58,628 nucleotides of DNA, from the NCBI GenBank assembly GCA_964517315.1, contig CAZFCJ010000006.1:1-58628 (forward strand), written 5' to 3'. Below the pieces are notes generated by a model that saw only the letters and a list, made by a program, of their open reading frames with translations, was not told the DNA's origin and searched no databases. This DNA comes from an uncultured Anaerolineaceae bacterium (GTDB lineage: Bacteria; Chloroflexota; Anaerolineae; Anaerolineales; E44-bin32). Of this stretch, positions 9,799 to 20,351 are shown one piece after another. A program made the translations under genes and the position numbers. Numbering within the stretch: position 1 is the stretch's first letter; each line of letters opens with the position of its first letter.

Positions 9799-10098
9799 TC
9801 AGCCGGAGCCCGTTGCGCCGCCGCGGGTCAGCACTTCGGCCAGGGTCAGCCCCAGCAGGATGACCAACCATAGGGTGCCGGCGCCCGCAAACAACCGAGC
9901 CAACCCGCTCGCCCGGCGCAGGTGCATGAAGTAGAGGGCCACCAGCCCGGCCTTGACCACCGCGATCCCCAAGGAGGCCGGCAGCTGGAGCCGGCCCAAC
10001 TCCAAGAACGTCACACCGACCGTGGCGCCCAACAGGACCATCAAGGCCAGGTAGACAAGGAGATAGGTGCCCGTCCGCGATTCTCTCGTGGCTTTCAT
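9799..10098 (-). CDS. Cytochrome c oxidase subunit IV (caa3-type, CtaF-like)
   Basis: YLLVYLALMVLL...IAVVKAGLVALYFMHL motif; start overlaps the subunit III stop (TGATG). Confidence 0.85.
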   Translation of the reverse strand: MKATRESRTGTYLLVYLALMVLLGATVGVTFLELGRLQLPASLGIAVVKAGLVALYFMHLRRASGLARLFAGAGTLWLVILLGLTLAEVLTRGGATGSG

Positions 10099-10703
10099 CA
10101 ACCTCGACCCACGAGATACAAGAGCGGAAACAGAAAGATCCAGATAACGTCGACAAAATGCCAGTACACGCCCACGAGCCCGGCCGGTCCGTGCCACTTC
10201 GTCGCGTCGGATGAACGCCAGGCCCCCCATGCCAGCAGGGCCACCGCGGCCACGCCGAGCAGCAGGTGTAGCGCGTGCAGACCCGTCATCACCAAGTAGA
10301 GATTCAGAAACAACTCCACGCCGGGCCTCACACCCGCGCCCAAATTCAGGGCCGGCATCAACCCCTCGTGAAACTTCTCAAGATATTCGAAGCCCTTAAT
10401 CCCCAAGAAGACCGCCCCCAACAAGGGGGTCGTCGCCAGGAAGGCGAGCGAGCGTCGTCGGCGCCCGAGCCGCAGCGCGTCCACTGCCAGCGCCATGGTC
10501 AGGCTGCTGGTGAGCAGCAGGCCGGTGTTCACCGAGCCCAGCAGCAGCGCAAGGTGCTGACTGCCGGCAGCGAAAGCCTTCGGGTGAAGCCATCGGTACG
10601 CCGAGTACACGGTGAACAGACCCCCAAAGAAGAGCACCTCGGAGGCCACGAATGTGCACAGCGCCAGCCTGTCAGCCTCCAACGGCTCATCCTCGGCGTG
10701 CAC
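10098..10703 (-). CDS. Cytochrome c oxidase subunit III
   Basis: SEVLFFGGLF, NTGLLLTSSLTM, MTGLHALH, YWHFVDVIWIFLFPLLYL; N-terminus uncertain. Confidence 0.9.
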   Translation of the reverse strand: MHAEDEPLEADRLALCTFVASEVLFFGGLFTVYSAYRWLHPKAFAAGSQHLALLLGSVNTGLLLTSSLTMALAVDALRLGRRRRSLAFLATTPLLGAVFLGIKGFEYLEKFHEGLMPALNLGAGVRPGVELFLNLYLVMTGLHALHLLLGVAAVALLAWGAWRSSDATKWHGPAGLVGVYWHFVDVIWIFLFPLLYLVGRG

Positions 10704-10727
10704 GTGCCCTTGGTGGTCGCGGATCCC

Positions 10728-10931
10728 TCAACCATCGGTTTCGTTCTCCAGACCGTAGGCATAGGCAGGTTCAGTGACCTCGGGCATGCGCTCAAAATTT
10801 TCCGGCGGAGGGGGCGAAAGCGTCGTCCACTCCAGACCCTTGGCACGCCACGGATTCCGATCCGCCACGGAGCCAAAGCGCATCGACCAGAGCAAGTAGG
10901 CCAGAGGCAGCACGTAGCCTACGGCCAGGAT
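10728..10931 (-). pseudogene. C-terminal fragment of cytochrome c oxidase subunit I
   Basis: ILAVGYVLPLAYLLWS...NPWRAKGLEWTTLSPPPPENF...AYAY is the subunit I tail; no subunit I or II sequence upstream. Confidence 0.8.
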
Positions 10932-11167
10932 TGGAGGGTTTGAATATGTACCAACAGATATAAGCGACAGTCTGATTAACTGCATGCAGGGAATTGACTT
11001 CCCATGCACTTATCGGTTCGAATGCACCTCATCAATGGATCTGACTCCATTAAATCCCCGTCGCCATGCGGCGGCTGACCCGTGAACCGCCTCAAGAAGT
11101 CGAAGAGAATACGCGCGGTCGGTAAACCCGTGGAAAATAACCCATGCCATACCCTCGCTAGATACCC

Positions 11168-11202
11168 GATCTATTACATTCGCTCGGGCCGGCTCTTACT
11201 AT
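11168..11202 (+). promoter_or_regulatory. Island promoter motif GATCTAT-N22-TACTAT
   Basis: Read directly; same geometry upstream of several island genes. Confidence 0.6.
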
Positions 11203-11247
11203 CGACCCACAACCGGAAATCGAATGCCAAGTGGAGGAGGAGCAACT

Positions 11248-12147
11248 GTGCATAGGAACAAGTTTTACGTATGGGGTTTACTGGTTTTGATCCTGGCTCT
11301 CGCCTTGGGCGCTTGCGCCGAGCAGGGTGAAGATCTCACCGCCACTCCGGTCGGAGGCGTGGTGACCGAGACAGCCGAACCGAGCCCGGTCGAGACCGAG
11401 CCAGCGGCCACTGAGACGGAGGTCACCGAAGCCCCCGCCGAGACGGCCACGCCGACGCAAGACACGGGCGAAATGGAGACACCCGATTCGGTGCGCGCCC
11501 AGGACTTGCTCGATGCCGAGGTTCACATCGGCAGCGAAGCGGAGGCCTCGGCTGAAGTTGAGGATCTACTGATGGATGCCAATGGCAACATCCGCTGGGT
11601 GATCCTTACCGACCTCGAAACCGATGAGACGCTGGCCACGAGCATCGAGAGCTACCGCTACGAACAGCGCGAGGAAATGAGCCGGTTGACGGCTGAGACG
11701 GATCCCAGGGCCGAGGCCGAAACCATCGACCTCGACGCTGCCTTCGGCGACGATGCTTTCCTGGACGAGGATGCCGAAGTCCCGGCCAGCTTCTCCGGCG
11801 AGCAACTGATCCGCATGAGCGGATACACCGACTTCGACCTTCAAAATGATGCCGGAGAAGACCTGGGTGAGGTTGAGGGTCTGATCATCGACCTGCAATC
11901 GATGCAGGTCACCTACGCCATCGCAGATGTCGGCGGGTTCCTGGGAATAGGCGAAAACACCGTTCTGATCCCTTGGGAGCGGCTCGAATTGCAGCAGGCT
12001 GACGACGAGGAGCAGCCTCAGTTCGTCCTGCCTGGTGTGGATCAGGAGAGACTGGAGAACGCCCCCACCGTCGATCTGGACGCCATCGACCTGAGCCAGG
12101 AGAACTGGGACGAGGAATATCAGTCCTTCTGGACAAACGGCAGCTAG
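11248..12147 (+). CDS. Acidic lipoprotein with PRC-barrel domains
   Basis: GTG after GGAGGAGG; signal peptide with lipobox LGAC; T/E/P/A linker; GEDLGEVEGLIID...YAIADVGGFLGIGE...IPW. Confidence 0.85.
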   Translation: MHRNKFYVWGLLVLILALALGACAEQGEDLTATPVGGVVTETAEPSPVETEPAATETEVTEAPAETATPTQDTGEMETPDSVRAQDLLDAEVHIGSEAEASAEVEDLLMDANGNIRWVILTDLETDETLATSIESYRYEQREEMSRLTAETDPRAEAETIDLDAAFGDDAFLDEDAEVPASFSGEQLIRMSGYTDFDLQNDAGEDLGEVEGLIIDLQSMQVTYAIADVGGFLGIGENTVLIPWERLELQQADDEEQPQFVLPGVDQERLENAPTVDLDAIDLSQENWDEEYQSFWTNGS

Positions 12148-12171
12148 CATCAGTCACGCTTCAAATCAGAG

Positions 12172-12205
12172 AAAAGTGCGGTGGCTTTGAGCCACCGCAC
12201 TTTTT
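12172..12205. terminator. Rho-independent terminator, probably bidirectional
   Basis: AAAAGTGCGGTGGCT-TTG-AGCCACCGCACTTTTT perfect hairpin with A and T tracts. Confidence 0.85.
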
Positions 12206-12887
12206 CTTCCATTCCCCGCAACGCGCGAAACACCAAGGGGTTCAAGTTGAAGAGCTTGGAATCCGATTCAAACTCGCCGATCGATCCCACTTATATCTGC
12301 CCTCCTCCCCGACGATAGATACTTCCCTGCCGACTTTATCCCTACCATGAAGAACGGGCGTGGGAGGTCATCGAAGCGCTCAATGGGAATTCAGGGGAAA
12401 GCCCCTCATGAAGGTGTGTCTGACGTACTTGCGCTGCTCGGAATTGATTCATACCCGATGTGGGATTTAGAGTGGGCGCGAGCAAGCCTGACGACCTTTT
12501 TGCCGCCATGGCCATCTATATTATCGTCGTTCACGACCCCGATTTAGCGACCGAGAATTATGAAGTGGCGACTGAACAAGCGGCACTTGGGGATCGTGAG
12601 GCCCTGCTCGCAAAATTGGTCCGCAAAGTATCGAAGCATGATCGGGACGCCTGAGCAGCCGCTATTGAGAGCCGTTGTTGCTGCGGGCCCGCTGGTGGCG
12701 AGTCCTGCACTCATTTCATCTGTCCATTGGCGTGGGCGGCCCACAGTCGTCGCCTTGATCTGCGCACAACGTTCTGGGCTCCGAAGGGATCTAACGAGGC
12801 CCCCGTATACGTGCAGTAAGAATGCTGTTCCTGAATGGGTCCCCGACGAGCTGGCCGGCAAGCCGTGCGACAGCCACCTCGACCAGT

Positions 12888-13979
12888 TCAGTGAACCATC
12901 CCACCGGCCAGCTGCGGATCCCTCAACAGTTCGAGGCATTCCTCTTCAATTTGCCGCACTCGCTCCCGCGTGATTCCGAGCCGCCGGCCAATAGCCGCCA
13001 GGGAGTGCGTTCGCCCGTCACGCAGGCCAAAACGCAGTCTGATAACCAGGGCCTGGTGCGGGCTCAAGTGCTTCAACAAGTCCTGAACTTGCCGCTCCAA
13101 TTCTTGTCGGCGGTCATCGGCCAGAATCGGATGGGGGTCCTCATCCGGTATGGTGTCTTCCAGCGTCCGTAGACCTTCTCCGGGAACGCGCTCGTTCAGA
13201 GATACTGGGTGGAGGGCATACTCCTGAAGTTGCCTGACCCGTGCCGGCTCGATCCGCAATTCCGAACCCAGTTCCTCCTCCGTGGGCTCACGGCCCAGGT
13301 CCTGTTCGAGCCGCATTCGGCACTTCCTCATGCGGGTGATGGCGTTGATCGTATGCACGGGTATGCGGATGGTCCGGGCGTTGTTCTCAATGCTCCGGCG
13401 GATGGATTGCCGAATCCACCAGGTAGCGTAGGTGGAGAATTTAAAGCCGCGCCGGTGGTCAAATTTTTTAATCGCTCTCATCAAACCCAAGTTGCCATCC
13501 TGCACCAAGTCGGCCAGCGGAACCCCTCGACCGACGTAACGTTTGGCCATGCTGATCACCAGGCGCAGGTTCGCCGCAATCAGATGCCGACGGGCGGCCT
13601 CGCCTTGACGGATGCGCCGGACCGCTTCCTCCGGGGAGAGATCACCCGCGGCTAATTGGCGCCTTGCCTCAGCACCCGCTTCAATCCGCTTGCTCAAGGT
13701 GACTTCCTGCTCCTGAGTAAGGAGTGGCACCTGGCCGGCTTCGTCCAAGTAGAGACTGAAACTGTCGCCGTGACGCCGTCCTTCCGAACCATCCACGCGG
13801 GATCCGTTCTTCGACTGCTTGAGTACTTCCACGCCGCGTTCCTCAAGCTGCTGCTGAACCCAGACAATCCGCTCCTCGTTGCCGGCACCATTGAGCAGAC
13901 TGCTGATGTCCTGCCGGAAGACGTAGCCTTGAGACTCGGCGAGCTCAGTGAGTTTTTCGATGGCCTGCTTCTGATTCAA
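12888..13979 (-). CDS. RNA polymerase sigma-70 factor (RpoD/RpoS-like, probably group 2)
   Basis: YLDEAGQVPLLT (1.2), ANLRLVISMAKRY, GNLGLMRAIKKFD..RGFKFSTYATWWIRQ (2), TRERVRQIE (4.2); TTG start with GGAGGG. Confidence 0.92.
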   Translation of the reverse strand: MNQKQAIEKLTELAESQGYVFRQDISSLLNGAGNEERIVWVQQQLEERGVEVLKQSKNGSRVDGSEGRRHGDSFSLYLDEAGQVPLLTQEQEVTLSKRIEAGAEARRQLAAGDLSPEEAVRRIRQGEAARRHLIAANLRLVISMAKRYVGRGVPLADLVQDGNLGLMRAIKKFDHRRGFKFSTYATWWIRQSIRRSIENNARTIRIPVHTINAITRMRKCRMRLEQDLGREPTEEELGSELRIEPARVRQLQEYALHPVSLNERVPGEGLRTLEDTIPDEDPHPILADDRRQELERQVQDLLKHLSPHQALVIRLRFGLRDGRTHSLAAIGRRLGITRERVRQIEEECLELLRDPQLAGGMVH

Positions 13980-14550
13980 CGGGGATCCCTCCGATCATGA
14001 TGGGGAAAAGTGGGTCGCCCACGTCGCGTTTCCTCTGTCCTCTTAGGGTTAGGATCCGTCGGACGTTGGTGACCAGTCAAAATAAGACCCGCATCATTAA
14101 ATTCTGGTGCAGGGGATCGACGTTCATGATCCGCGCCCCGATGGGGAAGCGCCTCCAGTCGACGAGCCTCCTTCACCATCACTCGCCAGTCTCTACGTTT
14201 ACCTCCGTATGGCACAGGCAGCCACGCCAGGAATTTATAGACCCATCGCCCTCAAGTTCAGGCGTCCTCATTTCATCGCCTGATTCGGCCACTTCGTACC
14301 GGCAGACTAATGTGAATCGATCCGGCTGTCATGTACCCCAATGCATAGACTCAGGTAGAAGCCGCTGGATTCCCATAGCTCTAGGCTGATCATTGATGGC
14401 ATCAAACTGCGGCCGACGAGGGCGTTGGAGTGGAACGGAAGCGGTCAATGACCCATCGCGATTGAATTCGGCCGCCGCTGACATCCGGGAGCTGGATTCA
14501 TGAGCGGATGTCCACGAAACGCCTGGCTCCGGATTGAATCCTCTGTCGTA

Positions 14551-16176
14551 TTAGGCTTGAGACTGGAGCCAACCGTAGCCGTAGGGGCGCAGGAGCAAAC
14601 GTTGCCCTTCAATTCGTAACGGTTGCCGTCCATCGGAAAGCAGCGTGGTGAGCTCGGCGGATTCGGCACCGATGGCCTCCAGACCCACCTGTTGGGCCTC
14701 TTCGGTCAAGTTGTGCAGCGCGGTGACTTCCCTTCCGTGCCAGCTGCAACGGTGGGCGAACACGTGAGGGCTCGACACTTCTAGAACCTGGCAGGCTCCA
14801 TTGCCCAGCTCAGGTGCGTCCCGCCGTGCTCGGAGCATGTGCCCAATCCGGCTCAATAGCGAATCCCGATTACTCTGCTGATCCACCACGTTGATGCGTT
14901 CGTAGCCGAATGGGCCTTCATTAATTACCGGCCGGATCAGATGGTCCGGCTCGGCGGTCGAAAATCCTGCGCTGCGCTTCGCCGTCCATTGCATCGGCGT
15001 ACGAATCGCGGTCCGGCCGCTTAACGACAGATCGTCTCCCATACCGATCTCCTCACCGTAGCGCAGCACGGGCGTTCCCGGCATCGAGAACATCAGGCTG
15101 TAGGCCATTTCGATCTTGGCCCGCTTACCCTTGAGCATCGGTGGCAGCCGCCGTCGGATGCCGCGACCGAATATACGCATACGCTCTTCCGGGGCGAATT
15201 TTTCAAATACCTCCTGCCGCTCTTTATCCGTCAATCGGTCCAGGTTCAGTTCATCATGATTGCGCAGGAAGTTGGCCCACTGACCGTTCGGTGGGATGGA
15301 AGGGATCTCCTGCATGCTGTTTCGGATGGGTTCCGCCCGCTCCCGTGCCAATCCCAAGATCAGGTGCTGATTGAGCAGGAAATTGAAGAGCATGTGCATG
15401 CGGCTGTCGCCGGCGAAGTACTCATTGACCTTGTCCGGAGCGACGTTGGCTTCAGCCAGCAGGATCGCGTCGCCCTGATGCCACGACAGGTAGTCCCTGA
15501 ATTCGTCCAAATAGAGATAGGGATTATCAACATGGGGATCATCGATCCCCTTCAACTCGATCAGGAAAGGAGCCGCGTCCAGCCGAAACCCCGATACCCC
15601 CAAGGCGAGCCAAAAGCTCATGATCTTGCGCATTTCCTCCCGAACCTGGGGGTTGGCGATGTTCAATTCGGGCTGGTGCTTATAGAAGCGATGGTAGTAA
15701 TAGGCGCCGGCCTTCCGATCGTATGTCCACGTGGATTCCTGTTGGCCGGGGAAGACCATCCCCTTATCGGCTCCTTTGGGTTTCTCCTCCGACCAGACGT
15801 AGAAATCGCGGTACTTCGAGTCAGGGTTTCGCCGGGCCTGCTTAAACCATGGATGGTTGATTGAGGTGTGATTGATCACCAGGTCGACGACGACTCGCAG
15901 ACCGCGCTCCCACGCCAGATCCATGAACTTGACAAAGTCACCAAGGGTCCCCAACCGGGCATCCACTCCGTAGTAGTCCAGTACGTCATAGCCGTTGTCA
16001 CGGTTGGGTGAAGGGTAGAAGGGCAGCAGCCAGATTGTGTTCACGCCTAAATTGGCGATGTAGCCGATCTTTTCGCACAGACCGCCAAAATCACCGATGC
16101 CATCGCCGGTGCTGTCTTTGAAGGTCTCAACATCCAAACAATAGATCAACGCATTCTTATACCATCGTTCTGTCAT
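14551..16176 (-). CDS. treS: GH13 alpha-amylase family protein, trehalose synthase-like
   Basis: WYKNALIY, DLVINHTS, GFRLDAAPFL, LLAEAN, FLRNHDEL, YGEEIGMGD, RTPMQW. Confidence 0.8.
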   Translation of the reverse strand: MTERWYKNALIYCLDVETFKDSTGDGIGDFGGLCEKIGYIANLGVNTIWLLPFYPSPNRDNGYDVLDYYGVDARLGTLGDFVKFMDLAWERGLRVVVDLVINHTSINHPWFKQARRNPDSKYRDFYVWSEEKPKGADKGMVFPGQQESTWTYDRKAGAYYYHRFYKHQPELNIANPQVREEMRKIMSFWLALGVSGFRLDAAPFLIELKGIDDPHVDNPYLYLDEFRDYLSWHQGDAILLAEANVAPDKVNEYFAGDSRMHMLFNFLLNQHLILGLARERAEPIRNSMQEIPSIPPNGQWANFLRNHDELNLDRLTDKERQEVFEKFAPEERMRIFGRGIRRRLPPMLKGKRAKIEMAYSLMFSMPGTPVLRYGEEIGMGDDLSLSGRTAIRTPMQWTAKRSAGFSTAEPDHLIRPVINEGPFGYERINVVDQQSNRDSLLSRIGHMLRARRDAPELGNGACQVLEVSSPHVFAHRCSWHGREVTALHNLTEEAQQVGLEAIGAESAELTTLLSDGRQPLRIEGQRLLLRPYGYGWLQSQA

Positions 16177-16212
16177 GACGAACCCTTCACCCGGCTAGCG
16201 ATCGGTCAACGC

Positions 16213-17283
16213 TTACGATCGCCCTTCATGAGTCTTCTTGGCGATCAAGTATTTTGCATGGGACCATAGCAGGGGCGAGGCAATGTCGCCCCAGAATCCG
16301 CGCCAGGGCTCCAGGTAACTCGGCTCGTTCATGTTTTGTGGAATTTGTTCAGGAAGCCAACCGCGTTCATTCGCCTGCTGCTCCACCCAATCCAGCAGAG
16401 GTTCGGCCCGGCCCAATCGACCACAGTCGAGGTGGTATTTGGCCAGCCAGGCCGACAACAACAACCACGCGCCACCCCCATAATAAGTATCCTGTAAATT
16501 GCGGTGAACGCCCTGACCGCGCCGCAGCTGTTCTTCAATTCGCTTCACTGTCCTCACGAGCCGAGAATCGTCAAGGGGGACAATGGTGGACGGAAAGGCC
16601 ACTCCTAGCAAGCTAGCATCGATCCGCGCGTCGCCCACCGAACGAATAAAGGCCCCATCGAGCACGCCGTTGTGGAGCACGAACTGCCGGATCTGATCCA
16701 CTATCTGGATCGGAATCTGATCGTTAAGGCGCTTCCAGGCCTGCAACCCGGCCCAGATCGATGCCAAGGTGTAGATGTGCAGTCGGCGGTCGGCCTCCTC
16801 CCACACGTCGTAGCAGGGCACGCTCCACAGGGCGACGAGGTAGCCGCTGAGGCTTTCAGCGGCTCGTCTCATCTCCTCCGGCAGCTCGTCGACTTCCGTC
16901 AGTCGAGCGTGCTGCTGCAAGGCCCATAACCAGGTGCCCAGTCCGTCCAGTTGAAAATTGGACCATGGCATCTCTTTCACTGGCCGGCCCTCTACAGTAT
17001 AGCGAGTGTGAAGAATCATATCCTCTTCCAGTGGTTGGCCATCCCGGGCGCGTTCGATGGCGGCCACCAAGCGATTCTCACGAGACAAGATAACCTCGGA
17101 CGACCAATGGAAGAACCGTGTGGACGATGTGCTTTCACCCCATAGGTCAAGGGCGTGGGCGCAGTAGGCTCCATCGCGAAACCAGCAGTATTGGTAGGGT
17201 CCAAAATTGGGGCCGGCGATGTAGGCGCCGCTCTCGGCCTGGTTGGCGGTGATGATCTCGATGCTTCGGCGGGCTAGATCCAT
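16213..17283 (-). CDS. Glycoside hydrolase family 15 (glucoamylase/trehalase-like)
   Basis: YQYCWFRDG, QLDG, DVWEE, DASLL, LPEQ, PLLWSHA. Confidence 0.85.
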   Translation of the reverse strand: MDLARRSIEIITANQAESGAYIAGPNFGPYQYCWFRDGAYCAHALDLWGESTSSTRFFHWSSEVILSRENRLVAAIERARDGQPLEEDMILHTRYTVEGRPVKEMPWSNFQLDGLGTWLWALQQHARLTEVDELPEEMRRAAESLSGYLVALWSVPCYDVWEEADRRLHIYTLASIWAGLQAWKRLNDQIPIQIVDQIRQFVLHNGVLDGAFIRSVGDARIDASLLGVAFPSTIVPLDDSRLVRTVKRIEEQLRRGQGVHRNLQDTYYGGGAWLLLSAWLAKYHLDCGRLGRAEPLLDWVEQQANERGWLPEQIPQNMNEPSYLEPWRGFWGDIASPLLWSHAKYLIAKKTHEGRS

Positions 17284-17638
17284 TGGCCTCCTTCAGCGAG
17301 TCAGGCACAGGAAGGGCCGACCTGGGCGGAACCTTCGATCCTCTCGGTGGCCAGGGACAAGAATGGATTTTCTCCTGTGGCCGCGCCGGGAACCGAGTCT
17401 ACAGGGCCAGGACGCGCTCATCCGACCACATGGGAAGCTCAGTCGGCTACGAGCCTCGTCCAATGACGCGTATAGAGCCTCTCGCCCCCGGCGCCTTCTG
17501 ATCTCGCCACGGATGGAAATGAGCGCCCGATTTGATGCACAGCGGACCGGAAGCACACTGGAAACAGTGCCTGATCCATGATGAGTGCGATTGGCGGGGC
17601 CCCGCCGGCGCTATGCGAGCGGTGCCTCGGCTGCTCAG

Positions 17639-17989
17639 CTAATGCCAGTACGGCTCGTAACCATAGTAATCGTAGATCTCGATCAAGAAGTCACGTTCGA
17701 CGGTCTCCGGCCAGTCATCCTTGTCAAATCCAGGCGCGTTCTCCAACTCCTCCTTGACCACATCCAGGATCAACCGCTCGTTCACGGTGTCCACCTGCAG
17801 GGCGCCCCATGGGATCGCGAAAAGCTTGTCACCCATTCCCAGGAATCCCCCGAAGGACAGGACCGCATACGCCACCTGGCCGGTATCCACGTCGAGCATG
17901 ATTTCTTCGAGCTCGCCCAAATCTTCACCGGCCGAATTAACGACGTTGTCACCGATCAAAGTCGAAGCCGATAACACCAGGCTGTTCAT
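17639..17989 (-). CDS. PRC-barrel domain protein
   Basis: LSASTLIGDNVVNSAGEDLGELEEIMLD...YAVLSFGGFLGMGDKLFAIPW...APGFDKDDWP...YYGYEPYW; start re-called. Confidence 0.92.
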   Translation of the reverse strand: MNSLVLSASTLIGDNVVNSAGEDLGELEEIMLDVDTGQVAYAVLSFGGFLGMGDKLFAIPWGALQVDTVNERLILDVVKEELENAPGFDKDDWPETVERDFLIEIYDYYGYEPYWH

Positions 17990-18258
17990 CGCTCGTTCCT
18001 TTGTCATCTTTGCCCAATTTGACTGAGGATAGTCCTGGAAATTTGGAAACGCCTGTATCGGGGTACATATTCCGAGATAGATTGCACGCCTATGATCGGG
18101 GTCCGGCTTCGGGAAGGGTGACACGCGGGTATATATCCCCTTCCAGTACTTGCGACTATTCCATCCTTCCTCGGCCTCACTCAGCATGGTTGTGGAAGCA
18201 CAGCTTTGCGCACCATGCTTGCAAAAACAATTTCATGACCCCATTGAAGGAGACAGGC

Positions 18259-19215
18259 ATGAAGCTCGGTTACGCCTTATCCAGCGAAGAACATCCGCCT
18301 CCTGACCTAGTCCGGAACGCCCAAAGGGCGGAGAGCGCGGGCTTTGATTTCGCGTTGATATCCGATCATTTCCATCCATGGATCGACCGACAGGGGCATA
18401 GCCCTTTCGTTTGGAGCGTGATTGGGGCCATCAGTCAGGTCACCGGTGAGCTTGAATTGGGCACCGGCGTCACCTGCCCGACCATGCGCATTCATCCGGC
18501 CATCATCGCGCAAGCTGCCGCCACCAGCGCCGCGCTCATGCCCGGTCGCTTCTTTCTGGGCCTGGGCAGCGGTGAAAACCTCAACGAACATATCCTTGGG
18601 CACCGCTGGCCCCCGTACGACCTGCGAGCCCCCATGCTCGAGGAGGCGGTCGAAATCATCCGGCTGCTGTGGGAAGGGGATTCGGTCACCTACTACGGCG
18701 ACTTCTATGACGTGGAGGAAGCGCGTATTTACACCCTGCCGGAGACTCCGCCCTCGATCTATCTGGCAGCCGGCGGCACGAAGTCCGCCGAGCAAGCCGG
18801 ACGCTTGGCTTCTGGGCTCATTTCCACTAGCCCGAAACACGAGTTGGTCAAGGCGTTCCGAGATCAGCTCGACGGCGGCGGGGACGCAATCGGCATGCTC
18901 ACGGTCTGCCATGCCAAGGACTACGACACGGCCCTCGACACCGCTTTCGAATGGTGGCCCAACAGCGCCCTACCGGGTGAACTGGCCCAGGAGTTGCGGA
19001 CCCCTGAACACTTTGAGCAGGCTACCCAATTAGTCACCAAGGAGCAGCTCGAGCGAAGTCTGACCCTGGGCAATGATGTGGAGACCTATTTGCAATCCGT
19101 CCAAAAATTCATCGATGCCGGCTTCGACAGGATCTATTTCCACCAGGTGGGACCCGATCAGGAAGGGTTCATGCAGTTCTTCAAGAATTCTCTTAAGCCG
19201 GAATTGGATCTCTAA
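18259..19215 (+). CDS. LLM-class (probably F420-dependent) oxidoreductase, G6PDH-like family
   Basis: GYALSSEEH, ISDHFHPW, GTGVTCPTMR, GSGENLNEH, HQVGPDQ; AAGGAG RBS. Confidence 0.9.
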   Translation: MKLGYALSSEEHPPPDLVRNAQRAESAGFDFALISDHFHPWIDRQGHSPFVWSVIGAISQVTGELELGTGVTCPTMRIHPAIIAQAAATSAALMPGRFFLGLGSGENLNEHILGHRWPPYDLRAPMLEEAVEIIRLLWEGDSVTYYGDFYDVEEARIYTLPETPPSIYLAAGGTKSAEQAGRLASGLISTSPKHELVKAFRDQLDGGGDAIGMLTVCHAKDYDTALDTAFEWWPNSALPGELAQELRTPEHFEQATQLVTKEQLERSLTLGNDVETYLQSVQKFIDAGFDRIYFHQVGPDQEGFMQFFKNSLKPELDL

Positions 19216-19392
19216 AAGTGGCCGAATGCGCTTTCGCCCGGGGAAATGAGCCGCCCAGCTTTAGTGCCCCTGGCCCCATCGGCAGCCCCGACCATCGATT
19301 TTTCAGACCGACCCGAGAAGCACGGGGCCTATGGAGGGGGCTGAGATCTGCCGGGCAGGAAGAAGCGAGTGGCTCCTGCTGGCGCCGGGCTC

Positions 19393-19932
19393 TCACTTCA
19401 CCTGCACCGAAACGCCCTTGAAGGCCACCTCCACTTGTTCAGCGTAGCGCCTGCCGTTCTTCCTATCGTGGCGCGGCATCTTCACTCGTTCGACTTCGAT
19501 GAGGATATCGTACTCGCCCGAGCCGGGGAGCCTCCAGTTCCTCCCGTAATGCGGCAGCCATGGATGCCACAGCAAGGGCTGTTGATGCCTGCCCACCTGC
19601 TTTCCCTGGGCGTCGAACACTGTAACGAAGACGGTGGCCCCATAGACGAAACGGTCATCGGCGGCGTCCCGCAGGGAAACCTCCACATGGACGTTGACAT
19701 CCTTGGGCTCCTTCCACACGAGATCATCCCCTTCGGGATGATACAGGCCTTCGGGTTTTTCAATCGCGTAAGCCACGATGTAATCTCCCGCCGCTTTCTC
19801 ATCCCCGATGTCGGCCACGAATTCGATCATGTGGCGCAGCGCCCTGACGTAGGCCTTGCCCTGCGATTTCGCCAGCTCAAGCTGGTTTAGGTTTGCCTCG
19901 TCACTCTTCACCTTCGGTTGTGCGCTTGTCAT
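19393..19932 (-). CDS. Tp34/P19-like 'iron transporter' family protein with no signal peptide
   Basis: HVEV, WHPWLPHYGRNW, MPRHD motifs typical of this metal-binding family. Confidence 0.65.
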   Translation of the reverse strand: MTSAQPKVKSDEANLNQLELAKSQGKAYVRALRHMIEFVADIGDEKAAGDYIVAYAIEKPEGLYHPEGDDLVWKEPKDVNVHVEVSLRDAADDRFVYGATVFVTVFDAQGKQVGRHQQPLLWHPWLPHYGRNWRLPGSGEYDILIEVERVKMPRHDRKNGRRYAEQVEVAFKGVSVQVK

Positions 19933-20351
19933 TCCTCGCTTCCTCCGCTTCAAAATTCTCACATCCAAGGTTCCAACCTCTTGCGAAATCCGTCAGGTTT
20001 CACCTCGCATATCGCCCCTTGACCTTCTCAGTCCGTTTTGACCAAACCTCTTGGCCTCCACCCCCAGGGATCAATTCAGGCCCCGTCATGGGAGAACAAA
20101 CTCCTTCAAGTGGAAAGCTGGCAGGTTAAATGGGATGGATGCAGAATGAGCCAGCAGCAAGCAAAAACGCGCTGAGAACATCAGCCGGACGATTGCCCGT
20201 CAACACACCATCGGACCCAACGGAATTCCATGATCATTTCCCCGACGCGAGACGGTTAATCCGTGGCCGGCACCCTCCTGTTTCGGAGGATGCCGGCCAT
20301 TTGTTTCTCCGTCCTGGGAGCTTCAGAACAGTTAGCTGTTCTGGGGCACGA

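Noticed and set aside
10930-10960. Possible att site or tRNA 3' fragment at the cox breakpoint
   Set aside because: No convincing tRNA structure, no matching repeat seen at the other island end, and no integrase in the window
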